This document shows positions 61,983-64,000 of a DNA stretch of 64,000 nucleotides, piece by piece. The position numbers and the translations under genes are program-made. Under the pieces are notes generated by a model. That model saw only the letters and a program-made list of their open reading frames with translations. It ran no database searches and had not been told where the DNA came from. How positions within the stretch are numbered: position 1 is the first letter of the stretch; every line of letters begins with the position of its first letter. The stretch is from contig NW_024704743.1 of NCBI RefSeq assembly GCF_018977255.1, forward strand, positions 76,882,001 to 76,946,000, written 5' to 3'. Source of the stretch: Callorhinchus milii (lineage: Eukaryota).

Positions 61983-62570
61983 GTTCTGATGTGTTCACAC
62001 AACGTGCAGAGCAGTGACAAAACTCACCAATGCAGTGATGTTATCCCATCAGTATTCCCTTCTGGCATTACAGTGCAGTATTTTCCCCATAATTTTAAGT
62101 GACTATTTTGTAGAAAAACACAACAGCCAATTTGCACACAGCAAAATCCAACAATCATCCACAAATGGCCAAGTTATCTGGAGGATTGTTGGCCATAACA
62201 CCGACATGCTGACTATAGTGTAGATTTTGGGGCAAACTGCTCTTGGCTGGTTTCAGGTAATAACCTGACTGCAATCTCCCAATGTGTCAGCACCAGTCCT
62301 TTAAAAAACAGAGCATCAGTGGTGAGTAACTGATCCTCAACTTGGGAGAAGCAGTTGGTGACACAAGCCAATGTTATTTTGTACACTGGCAGCCTGTTGG
62401 TGGGATCTGAACAACAGGGTAACTGGGAATGATCTCATCTGTTTGATTTGGATTTAGGAATTCCAGCTTTCTTGGTGATATAACGTTGGTTCCTCAATAT
62501 TAAATCAACTAGTTCAGGGTGAGGTGAGCTGACTAGAATTCAGCAAGCTGAGACATGTGTTAAGTGGCAT

Positions 62571-62861
62571 GTGAGAGACCTGAGTTCTATTCCAGGCAGG
62601 GCGAAGTTTCCTTACTTGGGCAAGTTTCCTTACTCAACACGCCTAATAATAATCCCTCCAACAAAACAAAACAATAATAAATTGGTCATTTTCAATCCAC
62701 TGTCTGTGGGACATTGCTGTGCGCAATTGGCTGCCGCGTTCGCCCACAAATATACAGTCAATTCATTTGACAGTATATTCTGTGAAGTGCTTTGGGATGT
62801 CTAGAAGACGTGAAAAGTGCTATATCAAATGCAAGGTTTATTATTATATTATTATATTATT
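62571..62861 (+). mobile_element. Deu-type SINE, 5'-truncated
   Basis: Matches the family from the B box to the (TTA)n tail. Confidence 0.88.
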
Positions 62862-63779
62862 ATGTTACCAAACAACTCAACGTGTTTGCTAGATATGAGA
62901 AGATTTCCATACATTTTATTTGTGCTGCACATTAGCATTTTAGATAGATGGCATTGTGTGATGCAACACCAGCTGATTATTCTCTGGGGGAAGGGGTGGG
63001 AAAGAGGAGGGGGCTGGGATTTAAAGTGGTGTCTCCGTGAAGTTGAATTGGCTCCATGAACATGACAACTCTAGGATCGCTATCATTTGTTTTTTGTGTG
63101 TCAGAGCTGAGAAGTAGAACATCAAACAATGTTCCTGCTCTTGATTGCTATCATGATCATCTACTGGGAAGTTCATGTGTGGACTTTCAGCGAAGACAAA
63201 ACAGTGCTTGGTGTGGTTACATAGCCTGTTGACACCTCTTGACTATGCTTAGAGTGAAAACTGGCAACAAGTCATTGTATCTGTGGACCTGCCTGAGTTT
63301 CTGCCTTGCAGTGTGAAATTGTGTGGGTAGGGGGGATTTTTCATCAATCACAATTACCAACTTACCCTTCATGCTTAGAAAGTTCAATAAGTAGATTTCC
63401 ACAGTAGTAAGAATTAGCAAGGATATTTGGAAAGACATTAAAACCAGAATTATTGTCATCAAACAACAGTAACACCCATTCATTCCAAAGTGGAGCAGTC
63501 CAGATCCTGTTCTACATTACAAATAAATTGCTATAGGTTATTTATTCTAGGTGAGGGACCTAGATTCTGAACTTTATTTCCCTGATTGCAACCTCTAGAT
63601 AGACCCTGGGATCAAATACAACTGTTAAACAAAAAAGGTTGGAACATGGTCTACAGGCTACTATTTAAAACCAAACTCTATCACATCAAAAATGGAACGA
63701 TAAAGCTTCAGCTGGGAGCTTAATGTTCCTGGAGGGGCACCCTCTCCTTCTGGCTGCTTAGTATTTCATACATTAGAGT

Positions 63780-63960
63780 CATAAGAGCAACATAGAACCA
63801 TAGTCCTTCATGGCACAGAAGAAGGCCATTCAGCATATGTGTGACAGCTCGTTGAAGAACTATCCATTCAATTCCATTTACCCTCCTTTTCCCGTTGTAA
63901 ATAGCTCATTTATAGATATCTATATAGTTCTCTCTTGAAAGCTAATAAGGACCCAGGATC
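63780..63960 (-). mobile_element. Degraded CR1 3' end
   Basis: CATAGAACCATAG...GCACAGAAGAAGGCCATTCAG. Confidence 0.6.
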
Positions 63961-64000
63961 GACCACTGCACCAACCAGGTTAAACTGATGTCCTATCTAT

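Noticed and set aside
55000..64000. Divergent neighbouring gene upstream of the promoter
   Set aside because: No recognisable coding exons; the sequence is mostly SINE/LINE debris. Conserved non-coding elements cannot be assessed without alignments.

Overview
Vertebrate genomic DNA, most likely a cartilaginous fish (inferred from the repeat content: CR1, L2, Penelope-like GIY-YIG elements and tRNA-headed Deu-type SINEs). The window holds one complete protein-coding gene on the minus strand: a DPY19L1-type tryptophan C-mannosyltransferase. I reconstructed it by hand as 22 coding exons, from the ATG at 54507 to TAG at 2212-2214. All introns are GT-AG with matching phases, and the CDS is 2229 nt (742 aa). 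It has a CpG-island promoter at ~54.2-54.9 kb and two AATAAA signals at ~1.98-2.0 kb. Introns and the upstream 9 kb are filled with decayed retroelements. Notable items: (1) a CpG-rich cluster of three ZNF143/Staf-like motifs in intron 7 with outward-facing splice donors on both strands, a candidate hidden bidirectional promoter, followed by exon-like antisense segments; (2) a three-layer Penelope/L2/L2 nest with resolvable target-site duplications, whose Penelope layer carries a hammerhead ribozyme motif; (3) a SINE/L2 pair sharing a 3' stem-loop; (4) a G-rich minisatellite derived from an L2 fragment. Almost all ORFs in the supplied track are spurious or transposon-derived. No database searches were possible, so family names rest on recognised motifs, and repeat boundaries are approximate unless a target-site duplication is given.
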